Part shown: one piece after another, positions 1-8,029 of the stretch | Position numbering within the stretch: the stretch's first letter is position 1 | Layout: each line of letters opens with the position of its first letter | From: Candidatus Shapirobacteria bacterium | GTDB taxonomy: Bacteria > Patescibacteriota > Microgenomatia > PFEM01 > JAPLYW01 | DNA length: 32,331 nucleotides | Direction: 5' to 3' | NCBI GenBank assembly: GCA_026395335.1 | Contig: JAPLYW010000005.1 | Coordinates: 1 to 32,331 of the forward strand | Translations under genes and position numbers: made by a program | The notes under the pieces: generated by a model | Databases searched by the model: none | Told to the model about the DNA's origin: nothing | The model's input: only the letters and a program-made list of their open reading frames with translations

Positions 1-1616
1 GGCATACCGCCACCCATACCGCCCATTGGTGATTCTTTTTCTTTTTCAGGAATATCAGTAATCAAACATTCAGTTGTTAAAATCATCGTTGCTACAGAAA
101 CAGCATTTTGTAATGCCGTTCTGGTAACTTTGGCCGGGTCAATAATACCAGCTTTAATCATATCCAAATATTCACCGGTTAAAACATTAAAACCAAAACC
201 AGCCGGATTTTTCTTAACATTAGAAATGACAACATTCCCATCCTCACCGGCATTAGAAGCCAAAAGTTTCATCGGTGACTCCAAAGCTTTTTGAACAATC
301 TTAGCACCGGTCAACTCATCACCACTTAAATCTTTAAAATCAATCGCTTTAGCCGCAGTTATCAAAGCAACGCCGCCACCAGGGACAATCCCTTCTTCAA
401 TTGCGGCTTTAGTAGCCGCTACGGCATCTTTAACTCTTTCCTGTTTTTCTTTCATCTCTGTTTCGGTTGCCGCTCCAACTTCAATAACCGCTACGCCACC
501 AGCTAATTTAGCTAATCTTTCTTGAAGTTTCTCTTTATCAAATTCAGAAGTTGTTCGGTCTAATTCTGCTCTAATTTGCTTAATACGGCTTTCGATCTCT
601 TTTCTCTCACCTTTACCGCCAACAATTACGGTAGTATCTTTATCAGCCGTAACTCGATCAGCTTGGCCTAAATCTTCAATTGTTACATCTTCTAATTTGC
701 GGCCAATATCCTGAGAAATCACAGTTCCACCGGTTAAAACAGCAATATCCTGAAGCATTTCTTTTCTTCGATCACCAAAACCAGGAGCCTCAACTACTAA
801 AACATTAAAAGTGCCTCTTAACTTATTAACAACTAAAGTTGCTAAAGCCTCGCCATCAACTTCATCAGCAATAATAACCAAGTTCTTGGAAATCTTAACT
901 AATTTTTCCAAAAATGGCAGCAATTCCTGAATAGAGGAGATTTTTTTATCAGTCAATAAAAGATAAGCGTCTTCAATAGAAGCTTCCATAGTATCGGAAT
1001 TGGAAATAAAGTAAGCGGAAGAATAACCTTTATCAAATTCCATCCCTTCCTTATAATCAATCACTAAATCCATACCTTTACCTTCTTCAACAGTGATAAC
1101 TCCATTAGAACCAACTTTTTTCAAGGCTTCAGCGATTTTACTGCCAATTTCTTCATTTTGAGCTGAAATAGTCGCTACCTGAATAATCTTATCAGAGTTG
1201 TCTTTAATAACTTGGGATTGTTTTTTAATTGCGGCTAAAACCTGATTAGCTGCCTTTTCAATACCTTTGTTTAAAATCATTGGGTTAGCTCCAGCCGTAA
1301 TATTCTTAATCCCCTCATCAACAATGGCCTGAGTTAAAATTGTCGCTGTCGTTGTTCCATCCCCAGTCACGTCATTAGTTTTATCAGCAGCTTCTTTCAT
1401 TAATTGAGCCCCCATATTTTCAAAAGGATCTTGTAACTCAATTTCTTTGGCAACCGAAACACCATCATGAACAACAGTCGGCGCTCCCCATTTTTTGTCC
1501 AAAGCCACATTACGACCTTTTGGGCCTAAAGTTGTTCCTACTGCTTTAGCCACGGCATCAACACCTTTTTTTAATTTTTCTCTAGCTTCTGATGAATATT
1601 TAATTTGTTTCGCCAT
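1..1616 (-). CDS. groEL: Chaperonin GroEL (3' end runs off the window)
   Basis: Absent from the ORF track because there is no stop in the window. Manual translation from ATG at 1616 gives [37 protein letters not shown]...GDGTTT... and ends in a PMGGMGGGM tail at the window edge. Lies downstream of groES. Confidence 0.98.
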   Translation of the reverse strand, partial: MAKQIKYSSEAREKLKKGVDAVAKAVGTTLGPKGRNVALDKKWGAPTVVHDGVSVAKEIELQDPFENMGAQLMKEAADKTNDVTGDGTTTATILTQAIVDEGIKNITAGANPMILNKGIEKAANQVLAAIKKQSQVIKDNSDKIIQVATISAQNEEIGSKIAEALKKVGSNGVITVEEGKGMDLVIDYKEGMEFDKGYSSAYFISNSDTMEASIEDAYLLLTDKKISSIQELLPFLEKLVKISKNLVIIADEVDGEALATLVVNKLRGTFNVLVVEAPGFGDRRKEMLQDIAVLTGGTVISQDIGRKLEDVTIEDLGQADRVTADKDTTVIVGGKGERKEIESRIKQIRAELDRTTSEFDKEKLQERLAKLAGGVAVIEVGAATETEMKEKQERVKDAVAATKAAIEEGIVPGGGVALITAAKAIDFKDLSGDELTGAKIVQKALESPMKLLASNAGEDGNVVISNVKKNPAGFGFNVLTGEYLDMIKAGIIDPAKVTRTALQNAVSVATMILTTECLITDIPEKEKESPMGGMGGGM

Positions 1617-1630
1617 TTTGAGTCTCCGAA

Positions 1631-1662
1631 AAACAAGGTTCTGTCGTTTCGACAGGTCCTTA
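1631..1662 (-). repeat. Dispersed hairpin element, copy 1 (groES-groEL spacer)
   Basis: Minus strand reads TAAGGACCTGTCGAAACGACAGAACCTTGTTT, 31/32 identical to 23579-23610. Confidence 0.95.
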
Positions 1663-1671
1663 TATTGTACT

Positions 1672-1995
1672 TTACTTAATAACCGCTAAAATATCTTCAA
1701 ATTTTACAAAAATATATTCCTTGCCAATCATTCCAAACTTGACTTCATCTCCGCCCCATTTTTTATAAATCACAATCTCACCAATTTTAAATTCAGGTTC
1801 AATTTTTTTCCCGGAATCAGTAATATGAGGTCCGCCCAAAGCAATAACTTTACCTTTTTGTGATTTCTCGTCATGAGTATCCGGAAGAACAATTCCTGTT
1901 GCTGTCTTCTTTTCCATCTCCACCGGCTCAATTAAAACATAACCAGCCATTGGTTTTAATTTTGGCAGAGAACTAATATTTTCCATTTTTGACAT
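1672..1995 (-). CDS. groES: Co-chaperonin GroES
   Basis: [12 protein letters not shown]...TATGIVLPD...GKVIALG...[10 protein letters not shown]...EDILAVI is the Cpn10 signature. Start could be 1986. Confidence 0.97.
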   Translation of the reverse strand: MSKMENISSLPKLKPMAGYVLIEPVEMEKKTATGIVLPDTHDEKSQKGKVIALGGPHITDSGKKIEPEFKIGEIVIYKKWGGDEVKFGMIGKEYIFVKFEDILAVIK

Positions 1996-2030
1996 TGGGA
2001 TTAATTATCAATCAATACTAACAATTGCTT

Positions 2031-2059
2031 ATTGTAAAAAGATTGGTTGCTCTTGTCAA
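2031..2059 (-). promoter_or_regulatory. Sigma70 promoter of groESL
   Basis: Minus strand TTGACA (2059-2054), 17 bp spacer, TACAAT (2036-2031). Confidence 0.8.
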
Positions 2060-2098
2060 GAAGCTAATTAATAACTCTAACTCTTAACTTTTCTCCTA

Positions 2099-2107
2099 TG
2101 CTATACT
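2099..2107 (+). promoter_or_regulatory. Extended -10 promoter, probably giving a leaderless mRNA
   Basis: TG-C-TATACT followed 6 nt later by the ATG at 2114; no SD sequence. Confidence 0.6.
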
Positions 2108-2113
2108 TCAAGC

Positions 2114-2809
2114 ATGAATTTTAAAGAAGTTTTCTCTAACAATAAAGTAGTTTTACCAGTTGTTCATGTAAAAACAGAGAAACAAACACTTAACAATGTT
2201 TTTATTGCTAAAGAAAACGGAGCCGACGGAGCTTTTCTTATTAGTATGGAAGGAATGAACCATCATGATTTATTAAAAATGTATGAGGTTGTCCAAAAAG
2301 AGGTACCTACTTTTTGGCTTGGTATTAACTATCTTGATCTTAGAGCGATTCATGTTTTTGAAAATTTAAATAGTCATATAAACGGAGCCTGGGTTGATGA
2401 TGCTGAAATTTTTGAACAGGTAAATTTGCAGCTTAACGCCGAGAAAATTAGTGAGGCTAGGAAAAAAAGTGGTTGGAAAGGATTATATTTTGGCGGAGTT
2501 GCCTTTAAGTATCAGCGAGAAGTCAACAACTATAAAAAGGTAGCGGAAATTGCTAAACATTATATGGATGTTATCACTACTAGTGGAACACAAACTGGCT
2601 CAGCTCCTGATTTAAGAAAAATTGAAATTATGAAAGAAGCAGTTGGTGATTCACCTTTAGCTATTGCTAGTGGGATTTCTCCAGAAAATGTCGGTAAATT
2701 TAAAAAAGTCGCTGATTGTTTTTTAGTCGCTACCAGTATTCTCAAACCAGGAACTGAAGATTTTGATCCGTCAAAAGTTAAAGAATTAATTGAAGCTGTT
2801 AGAGGCTAA
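2114..2809 (+). CDS. BtpA/SgcQ-like TIM-barrel (ribulose-phosphate-binding barrel) protein
   Basis: LPVVH, GADGAFLI, WLGINYL, YFGGVAFKYQ, DVITTSGxxTGSAP, AIASGISPENV, FLVATS (C-terminal phosphate-binding-type motifs). Confidence 0.8.
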   Translation: MNFKEVFSNNKVVLPVVHVKTEKQTLNNVFIAKENGADGAFLISMEGMNHHDLLKMYEVVQKEVPTFWLGINYLDLRAIHVFENLNSHINGAWVDDAEIFEQVNLQLNAEKISEARKKSGWKGLYFGGVAFKYQREVNNYKKVAEIAKHYMDVITTSGTQTGSAPDLRKIEIMKEAVGDSPLAIASGISPENVGKFKKVADCFLVATSILKPGTEDFDPSKVKELIEAVRG

Positions 2810-2812
2810 TTA

Positions 2813-3331
2813 ATGAAAAAAGAACAAGAATTTAACCAGTTGGAAAATCAAATAGAAAAAATTATTAATGTTAATTCTACTAGTGAAAATGAAACAGAAA
2901 AGGTTTTAAGTAATTTAGCCCATACTCCATTCGATATGGATGGCAAACATTATGAATCAGTCGAGGGATTTTGGCAGGGATTGAAATTTCCTGAAGGAAG
3001 TGATGAAAGAGAAAAAATTGCTGAACTTTTTGGAATTGAAGCCAAAAAAGCCGGAAGAAAAGCAGAGGATTTAGCTGAATTTGAATACCAAGGTAAAAAA
3101 TTTAAAATTGGTTCAAAAGAACATCAAAAATTAATAAAAAAAGCAATCACTGCTAAACTTAAACAAAACCCTTCTGTTTTAAATTTACTATTAAAAACAG
3201 GCGAGAAAAAGATTACTCATATTCTTAAAAATTCTGTGGGACAGATTTCTCCTGATAGTAAAACCATTCCCGGAGAAAAATTTTGTCAAATCTTAATGGA
3301 TTTAAGGGAAGATTTCAGAAAAAAGTCATAA
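2813..3331 (+). CDS. NADAR-domain protein
   Basis: LSNLAHTPFDMDGKHYESVEGFWQGLKF...AKKAGR...AKLKQNP...LLLKTG...ILMDLRE matches the NADAR pattern. Starts 3 bp after the BtpA-like gene. Confidence 0.85.
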   Translation: MKKEQEFNQLENQIEKIINVNSTSENETEKVLSNLAHTPFDMDGKHYESVEGFWQGLKFPEGSDEREKIAELFGIEAKKAGRKAEDLAEFEYQGKKFKIGSKEHQKLIKKAITAKLKQNPSVLNLLLKTGEKKITHILKNSVGQISPDSKTIPGEKFCQILMDLREDFRKKS

Positions 3332-3332
3332 A

Positions 3333-3369
3333 AAAACCGGAGGGCTATTCACATAGACCTGCCGGTTTT
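3333..3369. terminator. Probable bidirectional intrinsic terminator
   Basis: AAAACCGG-AGG-GCTAT-TCAC-ATAG-ACCT-G-CCGGTTTT is an imperfect hairpin with A and T tails between convergent genes. Confidence 0.7.
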
Positions 3370-3381
3370 AATTTAAATTTT

Positions 3382-3669
3382 TCAGTTAATAACTTTTACT
3401 TTATCTTTCTTAGATATGATTTTCTTTTTTTGTCTTGCTAAAAATTTTTTAAATTTAAAAATATCTTTAACAAGATAATAAAGACAGAAACAAGCTAGAA
3501 TAAAGACAATTCCTAGTACAAAAATCGTTGAAGTTAAAGAAGAATTTACAATCTCCGTTACCAAAGGATTCCAAATACCTAAAAGGTATAAAGCAATTAC
3601 TAAAACCACGAATAAAAAACCAGATGTTCCTATACAGTCCCGTATAATATTACAAACATACTTTCTCAT
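3382..3669 (-). CDS. Hypothetical small membrane protein (2 TM segments, basic tail)
   Basis: Two hydrophobic stretches. ATG at 3669 has an AAGGAG SD and is preferred to the TTG at 3687. Confidence 0.65.
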   Translation of the reverse strand: MRKYVCNIIRDCIGTSGFLFVVLVIALYLLGIWNPLVTEIVNSSLTSTIFVLGIVFILACFCLYYLVKDIFKFKKFLARQKKKIISKKDKVKVIN

Positions 3670-3706
3670 TTCCTTCTCCTTAAACAAAAATATTAAGTTA
3701 ATAAGA

Positions 3707-4591
3707 TTATTTACAGATTGTTTTCTTCACTAACTCATAAAGTTTAATTAAACCTGCCAGAAGGGTTATCTGCTGTAAAGAATTATCAGCATTATTAGAA
3801 CTAAATCTATAACCTTTTCCTTCATCATCAGACCAATCAGTTGGGTTTAAACCACAAGCATCACCTGGACAAGATGTCGTAAATCTGCCTTTACCCCTTT
3901 TAAAGGTATAGAACTTGTTTTTCTCATAATCAGTGAGTGTGAACATTTTTTTGTAAGCAATCTGCATGGCGTTATTAACTTCTGGGATGTCAATTTCATC
4001 ATTACTTAAAGACATTAGCCATTGTTTAAAAGGAATGCTGATCTTTCCATATAGCGAACCACCCTGACCTCCTTTAGTAGTCACTGTCCGAACAGTCATT
4101 AGTTGAGAAAAAGATGCAGATGTTTCTTTTTCAGGAAATTCCAAAAAAGTAGTAAAAAAGGTAAAACTAGCGGAAATAGCACGGACTTGATCCCAGTCTA
4201 TGATAGATTCTTTACTAGTTCCATCACATAAAGCACACTTTTTTTTCAAGTATTTATCATACCCTGATCCGTTACAAAAATGGCATGTCTTCTTGGCTCC
4301 TTCTTTAGAAGAGGGTATTTTAATTAAAAACTCAATAAAGTTGTCTTTTTCACCTTGGTGTTTAAAAACTTTATTAAAACCAATATCTCCATTAAAATCA
4401 CTGGCGAATTCAGAAAACTTAAACTTATCCATTAAAGTCTTCATTGTGTAATGATTTTGTAAATTAATATGAAGATTTTCAATAAATTCTTTATGGACTC
4501 TTAGGATAATTGCCGGTATTTTTTCCTCAAAGGATAATTCATACCAGCAGGGAATGTTTTTGTACATAATTGAATCACGCACTTTAATCAC
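3707..4591 (-). CDS. Hypothetical protein with a DnaJ-type CxxCxGxG zinc-finger pair
   Basis: 294-codon ORF with CHFCNGSG...CALCDGT and CPGDACG. True start may be GTG at 4582, which follows a GAGGTG SD. Confidence 0.75.
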   Translation of the reverse strand: MIKVRDSIMYKNIPCWYELSFEEKIPAIILRVHKEFIENLHINLQNHYTMKTLMDKFKFSEFASDFNGDIGFNKVFKHQGEKDNFIEFLIKIPSSKEGAKKTCHFCNGSGYDKYLKKKCALCDGTSKESIIDWDQVRAISASFTFFTTFLEFPEKETSASFSQLMTVRTVTTKGGQGGSLYGKISIPFKQWLMSLSNDEIDIPEVNNAMQIAYKKMFTLTDYEKNKFYTFKRGKGRFTTSCPGDACGLNPTDWSDDEGKGYRFSSNNADNSLQQITLLAGLIKLYELVKKTICK

Positions 4592-4710
4592 CTCTTTTGA
4601 AGTAAAATTATTAAAAAGTTAAAGAACACTGAAAATTTATTTTAAAAGCAAATTGTTGGGATTTCCGCTTTTAGAAAACCTAAAATTTACTGAATAAACT
4701 AAGTAGGAAG

Positions 4711-4739
4711 AATATAAGTCAAAAAGAAGCAAAAGTCAA
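4711..4739 (-). promoter_or_regulatory. Sigma70 promoter for the 3707-4591 gene
   Basis: Minus strand TTGACT, 17 bp, TATATT. Confidence 0.6.
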
Positions 4740-4748
4740 ATAAAAAAT

Positions 4749-5492
4749 TTATTCATTTAAAGTCAAAAGAAACATTAGGCCAACCCCCAAAAGCAGACCT
4801 AAAAGTTGAATGAATGATTTGCCAATTTTAGTTTCTTTATGAAGCTCTGGAATTAAATCAGAACCAGCAATATAAATAAAATTACCGGCGGCAAAAGGGA
4901 TAATTAATTTACTGAAAATAATAATTTTGGCTCCAATCGCTAAAGTTAAAATGGCCCCCAGAACAGCTGTTAATGCCGAAATAAAGTTTAAGAACAAGGC
5001 TTTTTTATTAGTAAAACCGCCATGAATAAGAACGCTAAATTCTCCAATTTCCTGAGGGATTTCATGAAAAATAACCGCTAAACTGGTAGTTAAACCTAAA
5101 GAAAAACTTGTCATAAAACTAGCGGCCACGACCACACCGTCAATAAAGTTATGAAAGGCATCACCAATTAAATTCATAAAAACTACCGGATGTGGATGCT
5201 GACTTGAAGTTGGAATATGACAATGACGCCAGGCAATAAATTTTTCCAAAATGAAAAAGGCTAGAATGCCGCCTATAACCGCAAAAGAAAAACTGAAACC
5301 AGTTCCTAAATCATTAACCGCCTCAGGCAGAAGATGGAAAAAAGCTCCGCCTAACATACTTCCGGCTGCAAAACTAACTAAAAAGAATAAAATCTTTTGT
5401 AAAACTTCTTTTTTAAGGCATAAAAACAGAACACCAACAAAGGAGATTAAACTGATAATAAAAACGCTAATTAGAGAAAAAAACCAAATCAC
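4749..5492 (-). CDS. ZIP family metal (zinc/iron) transporter
   Basis: SFAAGSMLGGAFFHLLPEA, His-rich loop WRHCHIPTSSQHPH, GDAFHNFIDG, HEIPQEIGEF, FIYIAGSDLIPELH. Confidence 0.95.
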   Translation of the reverse strand: MIWFFSLISVFIISLISFVGVLFLCLKKEVLQKILFFLVSFAAGSMLGGAFFHLLPEAVNDLGTGFSFSFAVIGGILAFFILEKFIAWRHCHIPTSSQHPHPVVFMNLIGDAFHNFIDGVVVAASFMTSFSLGLTTSLAVIFHEIPQEIGEFSVLIHGGFTNKKALFLNFISALTAVLGAILTLAIGAKIIIFSKLIIPFAAGNFIYIAGSDLIPELHKETKIGKSFIQLLGLLLGVGLMFLLTLNE

Positions 5493-5614
5493 CTTTTTAA
5501 ACCTAATTTAATTAATCTTTTTTTGTATTCTAACATAATTGAAACATGACAGTCATTTGGATGAAAAAGTAAACGACCTTCCTCAATTACTTCTGTAGTT
5601 TTCTTTGAGGCCAT
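5489..5614 (-). CDS. Putative 41-aa small protein coupled to the ZIP gene
   Basis: ATG at 5614 gives MASKKTTEVIEEGRLLFHPNDCHVSIMLEYKKRLIKLGLKR. It fills the intergenic gap and its TGA overlaps the ZIP GTG (GTGA). Confidence 0.45.
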   Translation of the reverse strand: MASKKTTEVIEEGRLLFHPNDCHVSIMLEYKKRLIKLGLKR

Positions 5615-5637
5615 ATATTTTAATTGCCAATTTTTAG

Positions 5638-6312
5638 CTACGATTTCCAGTTTGGTAAGAATTTTTTGTACCATTGGTTCTCCTTTGAAAATTTTTGATA
5701 AACTTTTTCTCTTTGCCATAAAATTTTTAATTGACAAATTTCATGGGCTGTAAAAAGGTTTTGCTCAGATTTAGGAAAAGCTAAATGCTTTTCGTCTAAA
5801 AACATATTAAGACAAATTTTATCCTTAACTTTTTTATCTCCAGGTCGCCTTCGCTTTGAAACTAATTCTATTAAAAAAATTGTTAATAAGCGGGTTAACC
5901 AAAGTCTTTTTTGCCCAGTAATAATCAGTAAATCAATATCGTCATTTTCATCAGCATTCTTCATAGCTAAGTTACCAGTAACACTCACCATTTTAATAAA
6001 AGGGATTAATCTTAACCAATTAGCAACCTCCTGAGCTATTTTGGTTTTTTCCTGACTCCATTTAAATCGTTGAAGTCTTTGTTGAATAATTTTTTGGCGG
6101 TTTTTAAAACAATAAAAACCATCGTGATATGTGATATGTAATACAAGATAAGAATCTTCATTTAATTGCTTCCGTATCTCGTTTTGCGTCTCACGTCTTA
6201 CGTTGCCCGTATCACTTATTAAAAATTTATGGATTTCTTCCAAAGTTAACGGGTAAGCAAAAACATCAGCATAGGCTAATGTTTTTAAAATCTTTTCCTG
6301 AAACTCGACCAT
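5638..6312 (-). CDS. Nucleotidyltransferase-fold protein (CPR-type family)
   Basis: VSVTGNLA...DDIDLLII fits the Pol-beta-like G[SN]-x-DxD pattern; also KICLNMFL and terminal FLPN. ATG at 6312 is preferred because the TTG at 6357 lies inside the repeat element. Confidence 0.75.
   Translation of the reverse strand: MVEFQEKILKTLAYADVFAYPLTLEEIHKFLISDTGNVRRETQNEIRKQLNEDSYLVLHITYHDGFYCFKNRQKIIQQRLQRFKWSQEKTKIAQEVANWLRLIPFIKMVSVTGNLAMKNADENDDIDLLIITGQKRLWLTRLLTIFLIELVSKRRRPGDKKVKDKICLNMFLDEKHLAFPKSEQNLFTAHEICQLKILWQREKVYQKFSKENQWYKKFLPNWKS
6123..6214. repeat. Two degenerate 7-bp-period arrays inside the CDS
   Basis: CGTGATA TGTGATA TGTAATA CAAGATA (6123-6150) and CGTATCT CGTTTTG CGTCTCA CGTCTTA CGTTGCC CGTATCA (6173-6214). 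Confidence 0.8.
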
Positions 6313-6351
6313 AAATTTTTTTTCTATTTTGATCCGCCAGTTAGCGGAGAG

Positions 6352-6383
6352 AAACAAGGTTCTATCGTTTCGATAGGTTCTTA
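6352..6383 (-). repeat. Dispersed hairpin element, copy 2
   Basis: Minus strand TAAGAACCTATCGAAACGATAGAACCTTGTTT. Its two differences from copy 3 are a compensatory G-C to A-T stem pair. It is followed by a TCCGCTAACTGGCGGA hairpin. Confidence 0.95.
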
Positions 6384-7976
6384 CTTTGAATTTCCCAAAT
6401 CGTATTGGGAAAGAAGCTGTTTGACTCCTTGACTGGTTGTTTTCAAAATATCTGAAGCTGCGGACCCACCGTTTAAAGCATTAACTGCGTCTTCGTAATA
6501 TTTAATCATTTTATCGTTAATGCCATTATCAAAAGTCCCCGAGCAAAGATACCAAGTCTTGGCTTTAGCCGCTTGATTTATAAAAGGAGCCACTAAATTA
6601 TTATTTGTTAATAAACTGGCCATATCGGTTCTGGCATAAGGTTCACCAAATAATCGTACTTGTGACTGAGCTTGATAAAGTTTCTGAAGTTCCTCTTTAG
6701 AAGATAAAAATTTTAAAAAAGCCCAAGCTTCTTGCTGATGAGAGCTCCTTTTACCAATGCCTTCTATCCAAAAAGAAGCCCAGCCAATATCTGTCCCGGA
6801 TAATTGCGGAACAGGAATTACCCGAAAATCTAAATTAGGATTAATATTTTTAATTTCAAAAACATCCCAAGAATAGCCAAAATACATGGCTGTTTTGCCG
6901 GTAGCAAAAGCCAAAGTTGAAACAGGTAAAGTTTCATCCCAGACTCGATCTACATTATTAAAAATGGTATAAAAAGTTAAAGCATCTTCAGCTAAATTTC
7001 CGGTTGGTTGAGATAAATCTACGCCATTTTGTAACATCATTAATCCTAAAATATCAGACCAATGGTCAACGTTACTGGTATTGCCCAAAGCTACACCAGC
7101 CGTTTGAATTCGGCCGCTTTCATCCCGAACTGTCAAGTCCAAAGCTAGTTGTCTTAATTGATCCCAAGTGGTTGGCGGTGTTTTACCGGCAGCTTGAAAA
7201 ATTTGTTGATTATAAAAAAGAGCTAGATTGTCAATCTCAAGGGGTAAACCTAAAAAAGAAGTCCCGGAACGCAAATTTTCTTTAGCCACCGGATAAAAAG
7301 TATTCTCAAACTCCGTTGCACTCATTACTTCTGTGGGAACAGCTTGTAATTCATTTTTTAACATCGGTAACCAAGTAATATGGAAACGAAAAATATCCGG
7401 ACCTTCGTTACGAGCCAAAGCGGACTGTAATCTTTCCCGATATTCTTTCGGAGATTGCTGGGAATAACTAATCTTAATATTAGGATTTTTACTCTCCCAT
7501 TCACTAATAATTTCTTTCATAACATTCTCTGGCTCCCATAAACCCCAATAAGTCAAAGTTATTTGTTTTTGTTTTTGTAAACGAGGAATTAATAATTTAA
7601 AAACAGCAAAACCACCAAAAACCAAGATTATTAAAATTAATAAAATTGTCAGAATTTTTTTAAAACCGAACTTAGGCTTCTCATTCAAATTAAAATCATT
7701 AGACTCGTTAATTAATTTAGCGGCTGCTTCTTCCGGTGAAGAAAAACTTTTTTCTTCCGTCCCAAAATTTTGAGCATTTCCCTCAAAATTTTTTCCAAAA
7801 TCCTGCGTAGAAGAGTTATTTGTCTCAGGAAAAATTGGTTGCGCTTGATAAGAAGGTTGCGGAAAATCATTTTCAACTAGAGGTTTTTCTTCTTTAGGCG
7901 GTAAAGAAGTTTCTTTTTCTTCTGCAGGAAAAGAACTCGTTAAATCTTTTGACGGAAAAAAACTTTGGTCAGGCAT
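6381..7976 (-). CDS. Membrane-anchored extracellular solute-binding protein (family 1, sugar-type)
   Basis: Low-complexity N-terminus, one TM segment, then TLTYWGLWE, GPDIF, LALFYN, PPTTWDQL, FATGKTAMYFG. Confidence 0.9.
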   Translation of the reverse strand: MPDQSFFPSKDLTSSFPAEEKETSLPPKEEKPLVENDFPQPSYQAQPIFPETNNSSTQDFGKNFEGNAQNFGTEEKSFSSPEEAAAKLINESNDFNLNEKPKFGFKKILTILLILIILVFGGFAVFKLLIPRLQKQKQITLTYWGLWEPENVMKEIISEWESKNPNIKISYSQQSPKEYRERLQSALARNEGPDIFRFHITWLPMLKNELQAVPTEVMSATEFENTFYPVAKENLRSGTSFLGLPLEIDNLALFYNQQIFQAAGKTPPTTWDQLRQLALDLTVRDESGRIQTAGVALGNTSNVDHWSDILGLMMLQNGVDLSQPTGNLAEDALTFYTIFNNVDRVWDETLPVSTLAFATGKTAMYFGYSWDVFEIKNINPNLDFRVIPVPQLSGTDIGWASFWIEGIGKRSSHQQEAWAFLKFLSSKEELQKLYQAQSQVRLFGEPYARTDMASLLTNNNLVAPFINQAAKAKTWYLCSGTFDNGINDKMIKYYEDAVNALNGGSAASDILKTTSQGVKQLLSQYDLGNSK

Positions 7977-8029
7977 GATATAAGTTCCCCAATAAATTTG
8001 TCTGTTATACTAATGTTATCATAGACGAA

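Noticed and set aside
1495-1689. 64-aa plus-strand ORF
   Set aside because: Antisense shadow of the groEL 5' end.
1996-2075. CIRCE (HrcA) operator upstream of groES
   Set aside because: TTAG-starting half-sites exist, but neither the sequence nor the 9-bp spacing fits TTAGCACTC-N9-GAGTGCTAA.
5615-5737. N-terminal half of the 82-aa ORF 5489-5737
   Set aside because: It overlaps the nucleotidyltransferase 3' end by 100 nt; only the part from ATG 5614 is plausible.
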